Positions 10,522-21,454 of a stretch of DNA of 64,000 nt are shown here, in pieces. The stretch covers positions 3,200,001 through 3,264,000 of the forward strand of contig OZ257142.1 of assembly GCA_965279035.1 (NCBI GenBank), read 5' to 3'. Positions within the stretch are counted from its first letter, which is position 1. Each line of letters opens with the position of its first letter. The notes beneath the pieces were generated by a model that was given only the letters and a program-made list of their open reading frames with translations, was not told the DNA's origin and did not search any database. Origin of the DNA: Bacteroidia bacterium. Its GTDB lineage: Bacteria; Bacteroidota; Bacteroidia; M30B66. A program made the position numbers and the translations under genes.

Positions 10522-12003
10522 TTATTTAATGATTGGAAATTTCTTTTCAACCTCCTTGGCTACCACTTGTCCAGAAATTAAAGCAGGAGGAACTCCCGGT
10601 CCAGGAACGGTTAATTGACCAGTGTAAAATAAATTCTCCATTTTTTTGCTTTTGCAAGAGGGTTTTAAAATAGCAGTTTGTTTAAGTGTATTGGCTAATC
10701 CATAAGCATTGCCTTTAAATGCACCATAATCGGAAACAAAATCACGATAGGCATAACTCTTATAGTAATCAATAAAGGGGCGAATCGATTCTCCAGTTTG
10801 TTCTTCCATACGATCCATTATTTTATTGAAATAGATTTTTCGTATTTCATCGGTATCTTCCAAACCTGCAGCAACTGGAATTAAAATAAAAACATTCTCA
10901 CAGCCATCGGGAGCTGAAGTTAAATCTGTTTTAGAAATGATTGAAACATAAAAAAGTGGAGCACTTGGCCAAGCCGGCTCGGTATATATTTCGTGAGCAT
11001 GCTTTCCAAAATCCTGATCAAAAAATAAATTATGATGTTCTAAATGATTCAACTTTTTCTTCACTCCTAAATAATAAATCAGGCTAGATGGAGCCATAAC
11101 GCGTGATTCCCAATACTTGGAAGAATACGACTGGTATTTTTTAGGTAAAAGTTTGGTTTCGGTATAATGATAATCGGCCGAAGAAATAATGACATCAGCA
11201 GTAAATGACTTCCCATTGCTGATAACTGCTGTGATAGTATTGTTTGAAATTTTAAATTCATCAACCGGGCTTGAAAATTGAAAATCTACTCCCAGCTCCT
11301 TCGCTAGTGAAAACATGGCGTTTACAATTTCATACATTCCACCACGAGGAAACCAAGTGCCTAAAACCATGTCGGCATAATTCATTAAGCTGTATAAAGC
11401 GGGTGTTTCTTCTGGGCGGGCTCCTAAAAATAAAACTGGGAATTCAAGAATTTGAATGAGGCGAGGATTGGTTGTTACTTTTCGTGCATGCTTGGATAAG
11501 CTTTTAAATACATCTAATCGGAATAAACCACTTATGAAATCAAGATCAGCAAATTCGAATACACTTTGTCCCGGTTTATAAACGAGATTGTTCATCCCAA
11601 CGCGGTATTTGTATTGGGCTTCATCAAGAAATGTTTGCAAACGTTCTCCACTTCCTTGATCAATGGAATCGAAAAGAGCTTTCAGTTCCGAAAGTTTTGC
11701 AGGTATGGATGAATAATCGTTCTTGCCCCAATAAACTAAATAAGAAGGATCGAGTTGATCAAGGTGATAATAATCAGAAACTTTTTTACCGAATTTTGCA
11801 AAATAGGCTTCAAAAACATCTGGCATCCAATACCAGCTTGGTCCCATATCGAATGTATACCCTTTTTCAACTAATTTACGGGCACGACCACCCGGTTGAC
11901 TAAACTTTTCGAGCACAGTTACTTGATAACCAGCCTGAGCTAAAGAAGTAGCAACAGACATTCCCGAAAAACCTGCACCAATAACTATAGCTGATTTGGA
12001 CAT
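10522..12003 (-). CDS. crtI: Phytoene desaturase family protein
   Basis: IGAGFSG dinucleotide motif, FDMGPSWYWMP, C-terminal GQLTVPGPGVPPALISG; start placed at ATG 12003 (MSKSAIV). Confidence 0.85.
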   Translation of the reverse strand: MSKSAIVIGAGFSGMSVATSLAQAGYQVTVLEKFSQPGGRARKLVEKGYTFDMGPSWYWMPDVFEAYFAKFGKKVSDYYHLDQLDPSYLVYWGKNDYSSIPAKLSELKALFDSIDQGSGERLQTFLDEAQYKYRVGMNNLVYKPGQSVFEFADLDFISGLFRLDVFKSLSKHARKVTTNPRLIQILEFPVLFLGARPEETPALYSLMNYADMVLGTWFPRGGMYEIVNAMFSLAKELGVDFQFSSPVDEFKISNNTITAVISNGKSFTADVIISSADYHYTETKLLPKKYQSYSSKYWESRVMAPSSLIYYLGVKKKLNHLEHHNLFFDQDFGKHAHEIYTEPAWPSAPLFYVSIISKTDLTSAPDGCENVFILIPVAAGLEDTDEIRKIYFNKIMDRMEEQTGESIRPFIDYYKSYAYRDFVSDYGAFKGNAYGLANTLKQTAILKPSCKSKKMENLFYTGQLTVPGPGVPPALISGQVVAKEVEKKFPIIK

Positions 12004-12075
12004 GGATGATTTTTTACTGAAATTACGGAATGAAACAAGAACGTGTATTCTTTGTTCAGACTTCAACTATTACGA

Positions 12076-12339
12076 ATGGAATATCCTCAATTTCGAAAAT
12101 ATATCGATGGAAATACGTTTTTCAAAATCGAAAATCCGATTTCATTTTATGAATTGAAAAGAATGGGAAAATATTATTCATTCACTTTCATAGATTGTAA
12201 AATTTATCCTGAACGTATGTTTTTGAATGACTTGATAAATCGAAGTTTTGAGAGCATTGAAATAATAAATGAAGATGAATTTCAATTCCATCTAACTACA
12301 TGGAAAAGAGAATTAATTTTATTTGAAAATGAATTATGA
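12076..12339 (+). CDS. Small hypothetical protein
   Basis: ORF MEYPQFRKY...; stop overlaps next start (ATGA at 12336-12339). Confidence 0.6.
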   Translation: MEYPQFRKYIDGNTFFKIENPISFYELKRMGKYYSFTFIDCKIYPERMFLNDLINRSFESIEIINEDEFQFHLTTWKRELILFENEL

Positions 12340-12758
12340 TAAAGCACTACGAAAATGATGAACTAGTTGTGACATGGAAACCGGATGTTTGTATCCATTC
12401 TGGGAATTGTTTCAGGAAATTAAGTTCTGTTTTTGATCCTCGCCGAAAGCCTTGGATAATCATGGAAAATGCAAGTTCTCAAGAGATAATCGAAACTATT
12501 GGAGTTTGTCCTTCTGGAGCAATTTCATATCAATTAAAAAACTCACAAATGGCTGAACAAAAAGAAACAAATAACTCTGCTCCTATTATTCACGTTTCGA
12601 ATGCTGGACCATTACTTATATAGAGTGGATGCATCATTGAAGATGTGCATGGAAATCAAACAGTGAAGGAAGGTGTTGTAGCTTTATGTCGTTGCGGCGC
12701 TTCATCTAATAAACCCTATTGTGATGGTACACACCGCAAGACAGGATTTAGTGGTTGA
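12336..12758 (+). pseudogene. YjdI-like divergent 4Fe-4S domain + CDGSH iron-sulfur domain fusion with in-frame TAG at 12621-12623
   Basis: CIHSGNC...VFDPRRKPWI...CPSGAI before the TAG; same frame continues SGCIIEDVHGNQTVKEGVVALCRCGASSNKPYCDGTHRKTGFSG to TGA at 12756-12758. Confidence 0.8.
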
Positions 12759-13919
12759 TTATACGTTTAAGGATTGAAATTCTTGTAGCCGATTGATTGG
12801 ATTTGCATAAATAAGTAATAACTGATTTCGCAAAGCTTCGGGCTCTCCTTTCAAGGGTTTTAATACTTCTTGAAGATAATTTTCAAAAGCCGTTTTATCT
12901 TTTTCGTTGTATTGTTTTGAAAATACTTCACTTCCACTCAAGAGATCATGAGCTAAGTAATTGTATGGGAACAGTCGATAATTAGCAATGATTTTCGAAT
13001 CAATTAATTCGGCAATTTGTTTCATGGCTTCATTTCGATTTCCACTTGAAAATGCGGCATCAATTTCTTCCTTTTCAAGTGGTTTGCTGAAACTAAACTG
13101 AACCCTTCCTTTAGGACGAGCAATTCCCATTTGCATACTTTTCAAATCTTCACCTTCCGATTTAACATAGGATCCAGTTTGAGCAAAGATGTATTTCTCC
13201 ATTGTTTTCATTCCAGCGCAAGGTTCCAATTCATAGGAAATACTCACTGGAACAATATTCAATTCAGCATATCCATTGGCCCCATCTTCTGAACTCATAC
13301 CAAACATCTTTATGAGCCCCGCTTGTGTTTGATCGTATCCATTTTTCGTACGCCCTTCTTTTTGAGCAATCCAAACAGAAGTTAAATCATTTGTTATTGA
13401 ATGCCGAATGTAACGAGATAAACGAAGTGAATATTCATACGCTTGTCTTGCTTGAACATCGCGATGAACAATGAAATTCTTGTTTAATTTAACAAGATCT
13501 TCAATCCACGATTTCTGTAATAGATTGCTTCCAATAGCTATACGTGTTGTGGGAAATTCCTCAATGTGCAACAGGTAATTTAATAAAGCAGAATCTAAAA
13601 CAATATCACGGTGATTGGATATAAATAAATAGGCTTTTTTAGGGTCCAAATTCTCCAAACCTGAAGCTCTAACTCCATTGGTAGAACTACGAATAATGGA
13701 TGCTACAGCATTGGAAATAATTTTCGCCTGGAATTCATCTACCGAATGAAGTGATCTCAAACGTTCCTGAACATCTTCACTACTTACATCTGGAAAAACA
13801 TAGCGCAAAGCTGTATGAAATGATGCTTGTTTCAATAAACGCTCTATGGCATCTTGAACTTCTTCATCATAAAAAGGGCGGATGGGATCAAAATATCCCG
13901 TTTCTATTTCCTTGTCCAT
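12759..13919 (-). CDS. Glycerol-3-phosphate / 1-acyl-glycerol-3-phosphate acyltransferase (PlsB/PlsC family)
   Basis: HX4D motif SNHRDIVLD, WIAQKEGRTKNG, IVPVSISYE. Confidence 0.88.
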   Translation of the reverse strand: MDKEIETGYFDPIRPFYDEEVQDAIERLLKQASFHTALRYVFPDVSSEDVQERLRSLHSVDEFQAKIISNAVASIIRSSTNGVRASGLENLDPKKAYLFISNHRDIVLDSALLNYLLHIEEFPTTRIAIGSNLLQKSWIEDLVKLNKNFIVHRDVQARQAYEYSLRLSRYIRHSITNDLTSVWIAQKEGRTKNGYDQTQAGLIKMFGMSSEDGANGYAELNIVPVSISYELEPCAGMKTMEKYIFAQTGSYVKSEGEDLKSMQMGIARPKGRVQFSFSKPLEKEEIDAAFSSGNRNEAMKQIAELIDSKIIANYRLFPYNYLAHDLLSGSEVFSKQYNEKDKTAFENYLQEVLKPLKGEPEALRNQLLLIYANPINRLQEFQSLNV

Positions 13920-13944
13920 ATGGGCAAAGAACGAAGTTTTTTAC

Positions 13945-14574
13945 TTAAGACAAAACCTCTGTAGTAAAGAGAATTTCAAAGCGATATCCTTGATTGCTTA
14001 ATTCATTCAATATGAGAGGTAAAATCACTTTCAATCGAGGCCATGCTTTTTGTGAATCATGAAACGTGATGATTGATCCTGAACGGGTGTGATTTAATAC
14101 ATTATCTAAACATTTTTCAGGACTTAGTTTGATGTCATAGTCCATTGCCAACACATCCCACATGATAATTTTATATTTCTTTTTAAGTCGAAGAAATTGT
14201 GTTGGTTTTAATCTACCGTAAGGTGGTCTGAATAAATTGGAATGAATAAAAGATTCAGCGTGTTGAATATCGCTTAAATAATCTGCACTCGGGGTTTTCC
14301 AGCCATTGGGATGAGCGTAGGAATGGTTTCCAATACGATGACCTTTCTGGGTAATTGAACTAAATAAATCGGGATATGATTCTACATTTTTCCCTAAGCA
14401 GAAAAAGGTAGCTTTTGCTTTAAATACTTCTAAAATATCCAATACTTCGTTGGTAATTCCGGGAGTTGGTCCATCATCGAAGGTAAGATAAACCACCTTG
14501 CCCGAAGCTGGCAAACGCCAAATAGCTCCGGGCAAGAGTGATCTTAATAAGAAAGCCGGTTGAACCAGGCTCAT
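13945..14574 (-). CDS. Polysaccharide deacetylase (CE4/NodB)
   Basis: LTFDDGP, GNHSYAH, FRPPYG, IITFHD. Confidence 0.93.
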   Translation of the reverse strand: MSLVQPAFLLRSLLPGAIWRLPASGKVVYLTFDDGPTPGITNEVLDILEVFKAKATFFCLGKNVESYPDLFSSITQKGHRIGNHSYAHPNGWKTPSADYLSDIQHAESFIHSNLFRPPYGRLKPTQFLRLKKKYKIIMWDVLAMDYDIKLSPEKCLDNVLNHTRSGSIITFHDSQKAWPRLKVILPLILNELSNQGYRFEILFTTEVLS

Positions 14575-14580
14575 GAGTAG

Positions 14581-17500
14581 TTAATTTCCTCCTCCTCGCA
14601 TGGAAGAACCTCCAGTTGCCATATACTGTCCTTCGAGGGTTTTAAAACGAGCATCTAAATTCTTAATCAATTCATCGCGTTTACCACGTTTGGCAACATC
14701 GGTAATAAACTTGAAGATGGACATATTCCGTTGAATTTCCGAATCAAAGCGTTTCATGATTTTCGGTTTCTGGCTGTAATAATAAACCAGTTCCTGCTCT
14801 ATGATATCGGCATATCGTTTTAATATTTTATCTGCTTTATCGTTCACTCCCGCTTGATAATAATCTTCGGCCAATTGAACGACAAAGAAATTATAAGGAA
14901 CATTTTTCTCAGGTAACATTTCAAAAGCACGATCAACCACTTTAATGGCTGAATCCTTTTTGCCTTCCTGAATTAAAGAAGAAGCCAAACGATCGAAATT
15001 GCTTCGTAGGTTCATCGTCATACGGATATTATTTTCATCCATATATACTTCTTTCTTATCCAATCCGCCCCATTTGAATTTGTTCATCATATTGTCGTAC
15101 ATCACATCGGTATTGATACGACCAAAATTATCTCCTCTACCCGATGGACTCTTAATTGGAACGAGACGATAAGCTAATCCTTCTAATTGGAAATAATCTT
15201 GAAGTCCGATATAGGAATCATCACCAACAGTAACAGCAAAGTAAACTGGGCGTTCCCAATTGTTAGTTGCTAAAAGATCCAAAATCATTAATTCGGCTTT
15301 CAAGATATAGTTGCGATCTATTTCGAAGTCGATAGATTTTACTATTTGATTTTCCATTCCTTTTGGAACTGTTCCATTGGCAACTACTTTAGCCGAATCA
15401 ACAGGAATACTGAATTTACCAGAAGGGAAATAATCGAAAGCACGATCACCATAATCGAATTTATTTCGAGGATCATCACTCGCAACAAAATCAACCATTT
15501 CACGAATATTCTGATATCCTTCTAGTCCTTTTTGTTCGTAAATCAGAATTTGCTCGCGTTTACCTTGACGGTATTTATCTTGAGTCATTGATAATGGAAC
15601 AGCATCCGAATCGTAAGCCTTACGTTTAATCTGATCAATATACCAATCGGTATTCAAAAGACTTAAATTCACAACGCGAATATCGGTTCGAATTCCTTCC
15701 ACCTCTTGAGCATACCAAAGTGGGAATGTATCATTATCACCATTGGTAAATACGATCGCATTTTTCTGACAGGAATTCAAATAATTGCTAGCATAGTCGC
15801 GGGCTGTATAGCGATCGGAACGATTGTGATCATCCCATCCAGCTTTCGCCATAATTCCTGGAACTGCTACTGTACATAATCCAGTTACACCAATAGCAAC
15901 AATAGGTTGTGGTCCAAATTTTTTCAAGAAGGAATAAATCGCAGCAACACCAATTCCTATCCAAATGGAATAGGCATAAAATGAACCGGCAAAACCATAA
16001 TCACGCTCACGTGGTTCATTGGTATATTGGTTTAGGAAGAGGATAATGGCGATACCGGTGAAAAAGAAAAAGAGTAAAACGACTAAGAAATCGCGCTTGC
16101 TCCTCATCAGTTGAAATACCAATCCGATCAATCCTAAAATCATCGGAAGGAAATAGAAATTGTTATTGGCTTTATTATCTGCAAGTGATGGAGGTAAATT
16201 ACTTTGAGTACCCAAATTACCATCATCTATAAAATTCAACCCGCTTTTCCAATTTCCATCAGAAATGTTGCCTTGACCTTGAATGTCATTTTGTCGACCT
16301 ACAAAGTTCCAAGCAAAATATCGGAAATACATGAAGCCCAGCTGGTAACTAAAGAAGAAGGACATGTTTTGTCCGAACGAAGGTTTTTTCTTCGGATCTC
16401 CTTTGATATCGGCCCAAGTTTTATATCCACGAACGTGTTGTGGTTGACTGCTCCACATGCGTGGGAAAACAGTGCAATAAGCAGGATCGTAAACAGGTTC
16501 TTCGGTGTCTTTAGGAGTTGCTATGACTTCGTATTTACCAGTTTTAGGATTTGGCGAATACACTGTATTTCCTGGCTTATAGCGCTTTTTAGCATCCGGA
16601 TGAAGCGGAGCATTATAGTATTGTCCATATGCTAAAGGACGTGTACCGTATTGTTCACGGTTGAGGTAGCTCAATAAGGAGAAAACATTTTCCGGATTAT
16701 TTTCATCCATAGGTGTATCAGCCGCGGAACGAATGAGAATCATTCCATAACTACCATAACCGATTACCATGGCGGTAATACACAATGTTAAGGTATTGGC
16801 TAGTACATAATTTTGACGTGGTCCATAAATGAAGTAAGCAAGAATTCCACCTGCAATAACACCTAACCAACCTAATACAAGCAGAAGTAAAATTGCTAGA
16901 ATGACAAAGGTTGGATGTTGATTTCCTTTTCGCGATTGCATGAGAGCAATAGTGATCGCGGTGATAACCAAAATGATGTATACAACAGCACCAGATCCAA
17001 AAGGAAGACCCATGGAGTTAGTAAACATCAATTCAAAAATAGCAGCATTACCAACCACTTTAGGAATTAGTCCAAATTGTACAAAACCAACGAGGAGCAT
17101 TCCTAGGATACCAGTTAGGAGAATTCCTAAACGTGTTGGTGAGAATTTGCGGAAGTAATAGATGTATGCAATTGCAGGAATTGCCAAGAGGTTTAGTAAG
17201 TGGATTCCGATTGAAATTCCCATCAGGTAGGCAATTAATACAATGTATCGATCAGCAAACGGTTCGTCGGCCACTTCTTCCCATTTAAGCATCGCCCAAA
17301 AAACAACAGCAGTGAAAAAAGATGAGGTTGCATAAACTTCACCTTCAACAGCTGAAAACCAAAATGTATCAGAAAATGTGTAAGCAAGCGCACCAACCAA
17401 ACCACTTCCTAAGATGGCAAATAAATTTCCGTTACTGATTTCTCCTTTGAAGCCAACTAGAATTTTTCGAGTTAAGTGGGTGATTGTCCAAAAGAGAAAT

Positions 17501-17775
17501 AGAATTGTACCAGCAGATGCGAGTGCCGAAAGCATGTTCATCATCATGGCTACTTTACTTGTATCATCAAAAGCGAACAAGGTGGCAACACGGCCAAGTA
17601 TCATAAAGAAAGGAGCTCCCGGTGGGTGACCTATTTGAAGTTTATAGGCGGTGGCTATAAATTCGCCGCAATCCCAAAAACTGGCAGTTGGTTCAATGGT
17701 TGAACCGTAAGTATACATGGCGATTGCAAATGCCAGCCAGCCAAAAACATTATTCAGAAGTTTATATTGCTTCAT
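14581..17775 (-). CDS. DUF2723 multi-pass membrane glycosyltransferase (TMEM260/protein O-mannosyltransferase-like)
   Basis: SFWDCGEF, IGHPPGAPF, WFSAVEGEVYA, NEPRERDY, FTNGDNDTFPLWY; many TM segments. Confidence 0.9.
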   Translation of the reverse strand: MKQYKLLNNVFGWLAFAIAMYTYGSTIEPTASFWDCGEFIATAYKLQIGHPPGAPFFMILGRVATLFAFDDTSKVAMMMNMLSALASAGTILFLFWTITHLTRKILVGFKGEISNGNLFAILGSGLVGALAYTFSDTFWFSAVEGEVYATSSFFTAVVFWAMLKWEEVADEPFADRYIVLIAYLMGISIGIHLLNLLAIPAIAYIYYFRKFSPTRLGILLTGILGMLLVGFVQFGLIPKVVGNAAIFELMFTNSMGLPFGSGAVVYIILVITAITIALMQSRKGNQHPTFVILAILLLLVLGWLGVIAGGILAYFIYGPRQNYVLANTLTLCITAMVIGYGSYGMILIRSAADTPMDENNPENVFSLLSYLNREQYGTRPLAYGQYYNAPLHPDAKKRYKPGNTVYSPNPKTGKYEVIATPKDTEEPVYDPAYCTVFPRMWSSQPQHVRGYKTWADIKGDPKKKPSFGQNMSFFFSYQLGFMYFRYFAWNFVGRQNDIQGQGNISDGNWKSGLNFIDDGNLGTQSNLPPSLADNKANNNFYFLPMILGLIGLVFQLMRSKRDFLVVLLFFFFTGIAIILFLNQYTNEPRERDYGFAGSFYAYSIWIGIGVAAIYSFLKKFGPQPIVAIGVTGLCTVAVPGIMAKAGWDDHNRSDRYTARDYASNYLNSCQKNAIVFTNGDNDTFPLWYAQEVEGIRTDIRVVNLSLLNTDWYIDQIKRKAYDSDAVPLSMTQDKYRQGKREQILIYEQKGLEGYQNIREMVDFVASDDPRNKFDYGDRAFDYFPSGKFSIPVDSAKVVANGTVPKGMENQIVKSIDFEIDRNYILKAELMILDLLATNNWERPVYFAVTVGDDSYIGLQDYFQLEGLAYRLVPIKSPSGRGDNFGRINTDVMYDNMMNKFKWGGLDKKEVYMDENNIRMTMNLRSNFDRLASSLIQEGKKDSAIKVVDRAFEMLPEKNVPYNFFVVQLAEDYYQAGVNDKADKILKRYADIIEQELVYYYSQKPKIMKRFDSEIQRNMSIFKFITDVAKRGKRDELIKNLDARFKTLEGQYMATGGSSMRGGGN

Positions 17776-18003
17776 AGATCTGATGGGTAAAATGAATCCA
17801 AGCGATAATTAAGTGCAAGAAAACGCGACGAAAATAGGAAACCGTATCCAATTCGCGGGAAAATAGGTAGAAAGTTTTCAGCTAATTATCGTTTATGATG
17901 CTGAAAAACTCCTTGAAATAGAAATTATCCCTCTGTTATTCAATCCAATCGAACTATTCTGGAGGAAAGATGAACCTTGAATTTGCTATTACTGAAGTTT
18001 TAC

Positions 18004-18011
18004 TAATTTTG
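18004..18011 (+). promoter_or_regulatory. -7 box (TAATTTTG) for tRNA-Gln
   Basis: TAnnTTTG consensus 15 nt upstream of the tRNA, TTTG at 17982-17985 as possible -33 element. Confidence 0.6.
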
Positions 18012-18026
18012 CGGCAACATCAAGAT

Positions 18027-18099
18027 TGTCCGATGGTGTAACTGGCAACACGTCTGATTTTGGTTCAGAAGAGTCTAGGTTCGAAACCTAGTCGGACAA
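18027..18099 (+). tRNA. tRNA-Gln (TTG)
   Basis: Acceptor stem TGTCCGA/TCGGACA, anticodon stem TCTGA/TCAGA with loop TTTTGGT, T-loop GGTTCGAAACC; CCA not encoded. Confidence 0.95.
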
Positions 18100-18100
18100 C

Positions 18101-18127
18101 AAAACCCGCTTCCAAAGCGGGTTTTTT
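18101..18127. terminator. Bidirectional intrinsic terminator
   Basis: AAAACCCGCT-TCCAA-AGCGGGTTTT hairpin flanked by A and T runs between convergent tRNA and CDS. Confidence 0.85.
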
Positions 18128-18130
18128 ATT

Positions 18131-21100
18131 TTAATCAAGCACCATTACAGCACCTCGTTTATCATACGAAGATCCATCGGGAAGTTTAAATCGTATTCGA
18201 TAAACATAGATTCCGGTTTCAACAATCGCCGACATATATTTCCCATCCCATGGTTTTGTGGGATCTTTCGTATAAAATAATTGTTCACCCCATCGGTTAT
18301 AAATCATGAATTCGTGATCGATTGCTAACTTTTCATAAAGTCCAATGGGTTTGAACTTCGAATTAAATCCAATTTCTCCCGGTCGGAAGGCTGAAGGAAT
18401 ATAAATCGTTGGTTTTTGAATAACGCACACACGATTACTAATACTTGTATCTCTAAAATTATACTGATTTCCATTTTGCTCAATCGCTCGAACATAATAA
18501 CAGAACTCAAGTAGCGTATCTACCATATCTACCACTACATCACGGTAAGTTGAATCCAAGGCATTGTCTTCTAAAAATGCGTATGTATTTCCACCATCAA
18601 CAGATCGAAATACTTCATAATTCAAAACCCCTGCATCCCATTGAGCATAAGTGTTCCATTGGATTTTATTGACAAATCCATCCAGAGCAGTTCCTTGTAA
18701 CAATATTGTTCTGCCATCATTCGATTGTCCTGAAGCATTATCGCATTTATCAATAAGTTGATATTGATAGATGTAACTCTGCAGGTTGGTGCTTACATCG
18801 ATATCGGTATAATCTACAAAAGCTGTTAAAGGTGGAATGACAGAATTAAAAACGGGAACAAAAGTTCCTCCAGGATATGTGGCACGCAAAACACGGTAAG
18901 AAACAATGTCGGATGCAGTATCGATATAACATTTTGAATAGGCTGCACCACTTGTTAATACTGTAGCTTTACGTAAATAAGCAAATTCAGGAAGATCTTG
19001 AACATCGGCACTAAAACAAATTTGATTGGATGTGCTACTTGCATGTAAAGAAGAAAAAACAGCTTGAACATAAAAACAATACGTTTCTTCAGGAATGAGA
19101 TTGGATACACTAAATGAAGGAGTTGTTCCGGGTGAAGAACCTACTAAACTAAAATTCCCAACCCCCACTTTTTGATAAATCTGATAGGAATCGGGTTGAG
19201 GATTCCATCCCTGATATCCAGTCCAACTTAAATCAACGCGATTTAAACAGGAAAATAAATCGAATTGCATGTACATAGTACTATGTGCAACAGATTTAAT
19301 ACTCAGATTATTGCAATTATCAATGGCTGCAACTTGATAGGTGATTGGTCCTGCATTGGGATTTAATCCAGTTGATGTAAACGAAGTTGAATGAATTCCA
19401 TAAACGGTATCAACTTGCACAACACTTCCGTTGACTAGTTGATACACCACGTATGCACGCGTATCGGATGAAGTAGATTCTTCCCAACCTATTTCAACGT
19501 TGTTTCCCACAAACTGAACGGTAATGGAATCAAGAAAAGGAGTTTCGGGTGCATCATCATTACTAAACTCACCTCCTGCCCTATTCGAATGTGAAATACA
19601 TCCAATTGCATCGGAGATTTGCACCTTGTAATAAATTTCCTTGAGACAACCCACCATGGAATCTTGGGCAGCACTCACATTGGTATTGACATAGAAAGCA
19701 GGAACAGCAGGAACAAATTCTCGATCGACGCGATAAGGCAATTGAGTGGAGGCAAGAAGAGGAGATGATAGTGGGTTCCAATCCAAATCGATATGCCCCG
19801 AACCGGCATCCGTAACACTTAAGAATATGCTTTGTAAGGTATCAACAGCAGCAGAAAAAACTTGCCCACCACATCCTGAACGCGTCCGTATATAATAATA
19901 AACCGAATGAGCATTGGCATTTGCACCTACGTGCGTATAGGTGTTCTGACCGAGCACAAAGAAACTATCGACAACGGTAAAAGGTCCATTGGGACTTGTT
20001 CCACTAAAAAGATGGTAACTATTAAATAATCCATCTGGATCGCTAGAAAGTGGAACCCAAGTTAAAGTCACATCCCCATTTGGTTGAACATCGACACAGT
20101 GCAATGGTGGTGAAGGAAGAGTTGGCGGAGCAGTTACGACAACTGAAATGGTTGCTATATGATATGCAGGAGCAGGACAATAATCATCCTGGAAGGTGAG
20201 TACAAATGTGTGTGTATTAGATGGAACATAGCAATCGTTTAAAATGGCAATATGATCACAGCTAGTTTGCCAATTGAATGTGATTACTTGATTATTTGCA
20301 AGAATGACTGGGGGTGCAGGTGTTAAAGTAGCGCAAGGAGGGTTGGTACATCCCGAATTAGGATCAGAAAAGCCCGAACCAAATTGTCCACCTGATGCAT
20401 CTACATGAATTGTTTGTGGAATACCTATTGGTAAAAATTCATTGTCAGTAGCTGTGATGGTAAAGTTTACGAGATCGCCCGCTTGCACTGTGGTAGTAAA
20501 GGATGTTTGAAGCCCGGTACCAGGATCATTAAAAGGTGCTGTAACAGTTGGAGAAGAATTGATACCACAAGCTAAAATTACAACTTGAATTTCTCGGTAA
20601 ATTTCAGCTATGAGCTGTCCACATCGATAGGATCTTACTCGAACTACTGTTACGAAATTTCCTGTATAGTTGGGTAAAAATGAAATTTCGCCACTTACAC
20701 TATTAATTGTTGCAGGAACACTTCCATTTTGTCCAGGACCTGGGAAAGGTGAATTTACTGAATAAGCCGTTTGAAAAGTTAACTCTGGTGGACTGGTAGA
20801 AGTAAAATCGGCACCATTTAGCCAATCAAGCGGAGCAGCGAATGAATATTCGAGGGAATCTTTATCAGGATCATATGCATTGTGATTGTATGTAAACTGA
20901 TTTCCAGCACAAATAATAGTTGCAGGACGTTGTGTAAATACTGGGGATGAATCAAAACATGGAGAAGTATTCGTTCCATTATAAGGATACATAATAGCCC
21001 GTAAAGTAAATCCGGTAGCATTGGGGCTTATAATCAGATTACTAATAGCAGCATTTCGACAACATCCATCGAATGTAAATACCCAACCTTGTGGAGGGGG

Positions 21101-21454
21101 ATTTCCTCCAAGTGAAATGGAATTTGATCGAAATACAAATTCTTCAACTGCTCCATTACCTCCTCCGGCGCATGAGATAGTAGGTCCAGAACCATTGCAT
21201 TGAGGTGAAATATCAGTTTGACTTATTAAAGTCATTGGAATTCCTACTACAGTTGGATGATTGTGAACACGTAACCCAACTGGGAATTGAAGAGGTACTC
21301 CATTGCAATCTCGGTAAAGTTTTAAAGTAAAAATATAATTTCCATTGCCCTGGCATTGCCAAGTTATTTCTCCTCCCATCAAGTGAGTTGCATGCAATTC
21401 TGTTGAAAATTGCACGATGATGACGAAAATTATGAATTGAACAATGGATTTCAT
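18131..21454 (-). CDS. T9SS type-B CTD secreted protein with Fn3/Ig-like domains
   Basis: Signal peptide, N-terminal ATHLMGGEITWQC...LKLYRDCNG domain typical of Bacteroidota surface proteins, C-terminal IPSAFRP...IYNRWG...WDG...GIYVY. Confidence 0.85.
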   Translation of the reverse strand: MKSIVQFIIFVIIVQFSTELHATHLMGGEITWQCQGNGNYIFTLKLYRDCNGVPLQFPVGLRVHNHPTVVGIPMTLISQTDISPQCNGSGPTISCAGGGNGAVEEFVFRSNSISLGGNPPPQGWVFTFDGCCRNAAISNLIISPNATGFTLRAIMYPYNGTNTSPCFDSSPVFTQRPATIICAGNQFTYNHNAYDPDKDSLEYSFAAPLDWLNGADFTSTSPPELTFQTAYSVNSPFPGPGQNGSVPATINSVSGEISFLPNYTGNFVTVVRVRSYRCGQLIAEIYREIQVVILACGINSSPTVTAPFNDPGTGLQTSFTTTVQAGDLVNFTITATDNEFLPIGIPQTIHVDASGGQFGSGFSDPNSGCTNPPCATLTPAPPVILANNQVITFNWQTSCDHIAILNDCYVPSNTHTFVLTFQDDYCPAPAYHIATISVVVTAPPTLPSPPLHCVDVQPNGDVTLTWVPLSSDPDGLFNSYHLFSGTSPNGPFTVVDSFFVLGQNTYTHVGANANAHSVYYYIRTRSGCGGQVFSAAVDTLQSIFLSVTDAGSGHIDLDWNPLSSPLLASTQLPYRVDREFVPAVPAFYVNTNVSAAQDSMVGCLKEIYYKVQISDAIGCISHSNRAGGEFSNDDAPETPFLDSITVQFVGNNVEIGWEESTSSDTRAYVVYQLVNGSVVQVDTVYGIHSTSFTSTGLNPNAGPITYQVAAIDNCNNLSIKSVAHSTMYMQFDLFSCLNRVDLSWTGYQGWNPQPDSYQIYQKVGVGNFSLVGSSPGTTPSFSVSNLIPEETYCFYVQAVFSSLHASSTSNQICFSADVQDLPEFAYLRKATVLTSGAAYSKCYIDTASDIVSYRVLRATYPGGTFVPVFNSVIPPLTAFVDYTDIDVSTNLQSYIYQYQLIDKCDNASGQSNDGRTILLQGTALDGFVNKIQWNTYAQWDAGVLNYEVFRSVDGGNTYAFLEDNALDSTYRDVVVDMVDTLLEFCYYVRAIEQNGNQYNFRDTSISNRVCVIQKPTIYIPSAFRPGEIGFNSKFKPIGLYEKLAIDHEFMIYNRWGEQLFYTKDPTKPWDGKYMSAIVETGIYVYRIRFKLPDGSSYDKRGAVMVLD

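Noticed and set aside
18027-18130. tRNA-Gln as an integration site
   Set aside because: Followed directly by its terminator and a host-type gene; no integrase or duplicated 3' end
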